A stretch of 63,253 nucleotides of DNA, counting the filler, from Bradymonadales bacterium (GTDB lineage: Bacteria > Bdellovibrionota > UBA2394), in NCBI GenBank assembly GCA_007693605.1. It is 7 parts of 7 records of this genome, joined end to end, with 100 filler letters (N's around TTAATTAATTAA, not from the genome) between each part and the next. Parts side by side here need not be neighbours in the genome. Positions count along the whole stretch, not along the records: positions 55,485 to 63,253 come from REDG01000009.1; 6 more parts are not named here. One strand, given 5' to 3'. Shown in pieces: positions 61,715 through 63,253 of this stretch (the stretch's first letter is position 1; each line of letters opens with the position of its first letter). The translations under genes and the position numbers were made by a program. The notes beneath the pieces were generated by a model that saw only the letters and a list, made by a program, of their open reading frames with translations, was not told where the DNA came from and made no database searches.

Positions 61715-62913
61715 TGGGAATTTCAGTATGCATGATTGTGAGGGATGAGGCGCTGTGGATAGAGGCGTGTTTAGCCTCCATCGAGACTTTGGTGGAAGAG
61801 ATCATCCTAGTCGATACAGGTTCAAGGGATGAGACGAAGGCGATCGCATCCAGATTCAAGGCCAAGATTTTTGATTTCGAGTGGACCGGAGACTTTTCAG
61901 AAGCTCGCAATTTCAGTCTAAAGCAGGCGAATGAAGATTGGATTCTCATCTTGGATGCCGATGAGAGGATGGCGCCCAAGGATTTGCTTGAGATTCAGAA
62001 GCTTGTTCAAGAGACTTCAGAAGTCGCCTTTAGTTTGCCCACCCGAAACTATACAGAAATGAATTTGGCCAGCGGCTTTAAGCCAAACTCCTCTGAATAT
62101 CCTGATTTTGAGAAGAACTTTCCGGGTTATTTTGAGAGCCGAAAGGTCAGGCTGTTTAGAAACAGATTGGGGGTTCAGTTTAAGGGCTCCGTTCATGAGT
62201 TGGTGGAGAAGAGCCTTACAAGGCGACCTAAAGATCTTTCTTTTCCGATTCATCACTATGGGGCGACCGAAGCGGAGGTCGAGAGAAAGAAGAAGAGAGA
62301 CTTCTATCAGAAGCAAGTCCAGCAGAAGGTGAAAGAACAGCCTACAGATTGGAAGGCTCATTTTGAGTTGGGAATCGAATGTCTTACCGCCGGTCGAATT
62401 GCCGAGGCGGTAAAGGCTCTGAGAGAGGCCGAAAAGCTAAACTCTCAGGAGACCATGGTTTTAAACAATCTAGGTTACGCCTATATGGAGCTTGGTCAGC
62501 ATGAGGAGGCAGAGAGAGTCTTACGGGCCAGCCTGCAGTTGGATGCCCACAACCATGATGCTCTTTTGAATTTAGGGGTGAATTTTATGAGGCAGAAGGC
62601 CTTTTCTGAGGCCTTGGGGCTCTTCGATCGTCTGATTGAGGCGCACCCCCATTCCTTTACAGGCTTTCGGAATGCCGGAAATTGCTACGCTCAGTTGAGA
62701 GACTTGCAAAAGGCGGCCAATTGCTTTCAGCATGCCCTTCAACTTTTTCCAGACTTTCATGAGGCCCGTGTCGATCTCGCTTTGGTCTGTCTGGCTGGTG
62801 GCCGAGCCGATCTCGCCAAGCCCGAGATCGAAAGAGTCCTAAGGGAACAGCCCAAGAATACTCGGGCTCAGCTTGCCCTTCAGGAGTTAGAACGATTGCG
62901 GGAGTGTCGCTAA
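61714..62913 (+). CDS. GT2 glycosyltransferase with C-terminal TPRs
   Basis: ISVCMIVRDE, VDTGS.D, DFSEARN, LDADE, VHE, HYG; several TPRs. Confidence 0.93.
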   Translation: MGISVCMIVRDEALWIEACLASIETLVEEIILVDTGSRDETKAIASRFKAKIFDFEWTGDFSEARNFSLKQANEDWILILDADERMAPKDLLEIQKLVQETSEVAFSLPTRNYTEMNLASGFKPNSSEYPDFEKNFPGYFESRKVRLFRNRLGVQFKGSVHELVEKSLTRRPKDLSFPIHHYGATEAEVERKKKRDFYQKQVQQKVKEQPTDWKAHFELGIECLTAGRIAEAVKALREAEKLNSQETMVLNNLGYAYMELGQHEEAERVLRASLQLDAHNHDALLNLGVNFMRQKAFSEALGLFDRLIEAHPHSFTGFRNAGNCYAQLRDLQKAANCFQHALQLFPDFHEARVDLALVCLAGGRADLAKPEIERVLREQPKNTRAQLALQELERLRECR

Positions 62914-62987
62914 AGGCCCATCTGCTTCGTCGGCTGCGTCGCTGCGCTTCTCGAGTGGCATTTTAACCACACTGCGATGCTCGCTCC
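62900..62987 (+). repeat. Family A repeat, overlapping GT2 stop, broken off at 62987
   Basis: GGGAGTGTCGCTAAAGGCCCATCTGC...GATGCTCGCTCC. Confidence 0.93.
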
Positions 62988-62989
62988 AG

Positions 62990-63253
62990 GTGGTCCAACC
63001 GGTAAATTTTTTCATGTTGTGAATCAAGCTTTTGCTTCGAATCAAGGCGCGAGGGTGGGATCAGGTTGGGTACCTATGCCATCCCGAGCAACGCTGAGTC
63101 GGGGCAAAAGCTTGATTCCCTTCGGGCTGGGCCCTTTTGAGCCGCTGCGGCGTTGTCGCTCGTTGCATATGTCCAATATGCGCCTCGCTGCCGCCTTGCA
63201 TCGCCTCAAACTGGCCTCAGCACAACACGGAAACAATTTACCGGTTGGACCAC
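62990..63253. mobile_element. 264-bp non-coding MITE-like element with ~32-bp terminal inverted repeats and two internal hairpins
   Basis: GTGGTCCAACCGGTAAATT (19 bp perfect) at 62990 and reverse complement ending 63253; hairpins 63021-63118 and 63126-63221. Confidence 0.8.

Overview
Bacterial draft-genome (MAG-like) sequence, roughly 50% GC by eye. Gene content (c-di-GMP and HDOD signalling, DUF507, FmdB, sigma-54 promoters, a long HNH gene) suggests Bdellovibrionota or a related former deltaproteobacterium; this is an inference. The window is not contiguous: seven contigs are joined by six artificial 100-nt linkers (N44-TTAATTAATTAA-N44), and the five internal contigs fall in decreasing length order (9500, 9370, 8932, 8836, 8332 bp), so neighbourhood across linkers is meaningless. 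Housekeeping content: HK/diguanylate-cyclase/PilZ operon, groESL, PIN-PhoH, tryptophanase, homogentisate operon, pyrG, pfkA, agmatinase, opp ABC transporter, folB/folKP, DnaJ, Mrp, aspA, HPF, fadI/fadJ-type genes and a GT2-TPR. The most unusual signals are: (1) a high-copy ~125-bp hairpin repeat family with compensatory stem changes, sitting at gene 3' ends and contig breaks, plus modular MITE-like hairpins that share a 40-bp core; (2) an HNH nuclease gene preceded by a duplicated three-hairpin unit whose palindrome recurs inside the gene; (3) at least eight apparently leaderless genes; (4) a Tat-substrate/diheme-cytochrome cluster of unknown function; (5) an accessory contig (AAA-DUF4143 with a four-box operator, GHKL-Ig ATPase, VapBC, degenerate peptidase, membrane protein + ATP-grasp ligase) punctuated by a 17-bp motif that also marks a frameshift. 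No rRNA, tRNA, CRISPR array or transposase was recognised. All family assignments are from motif recognition by eye, not database searches.
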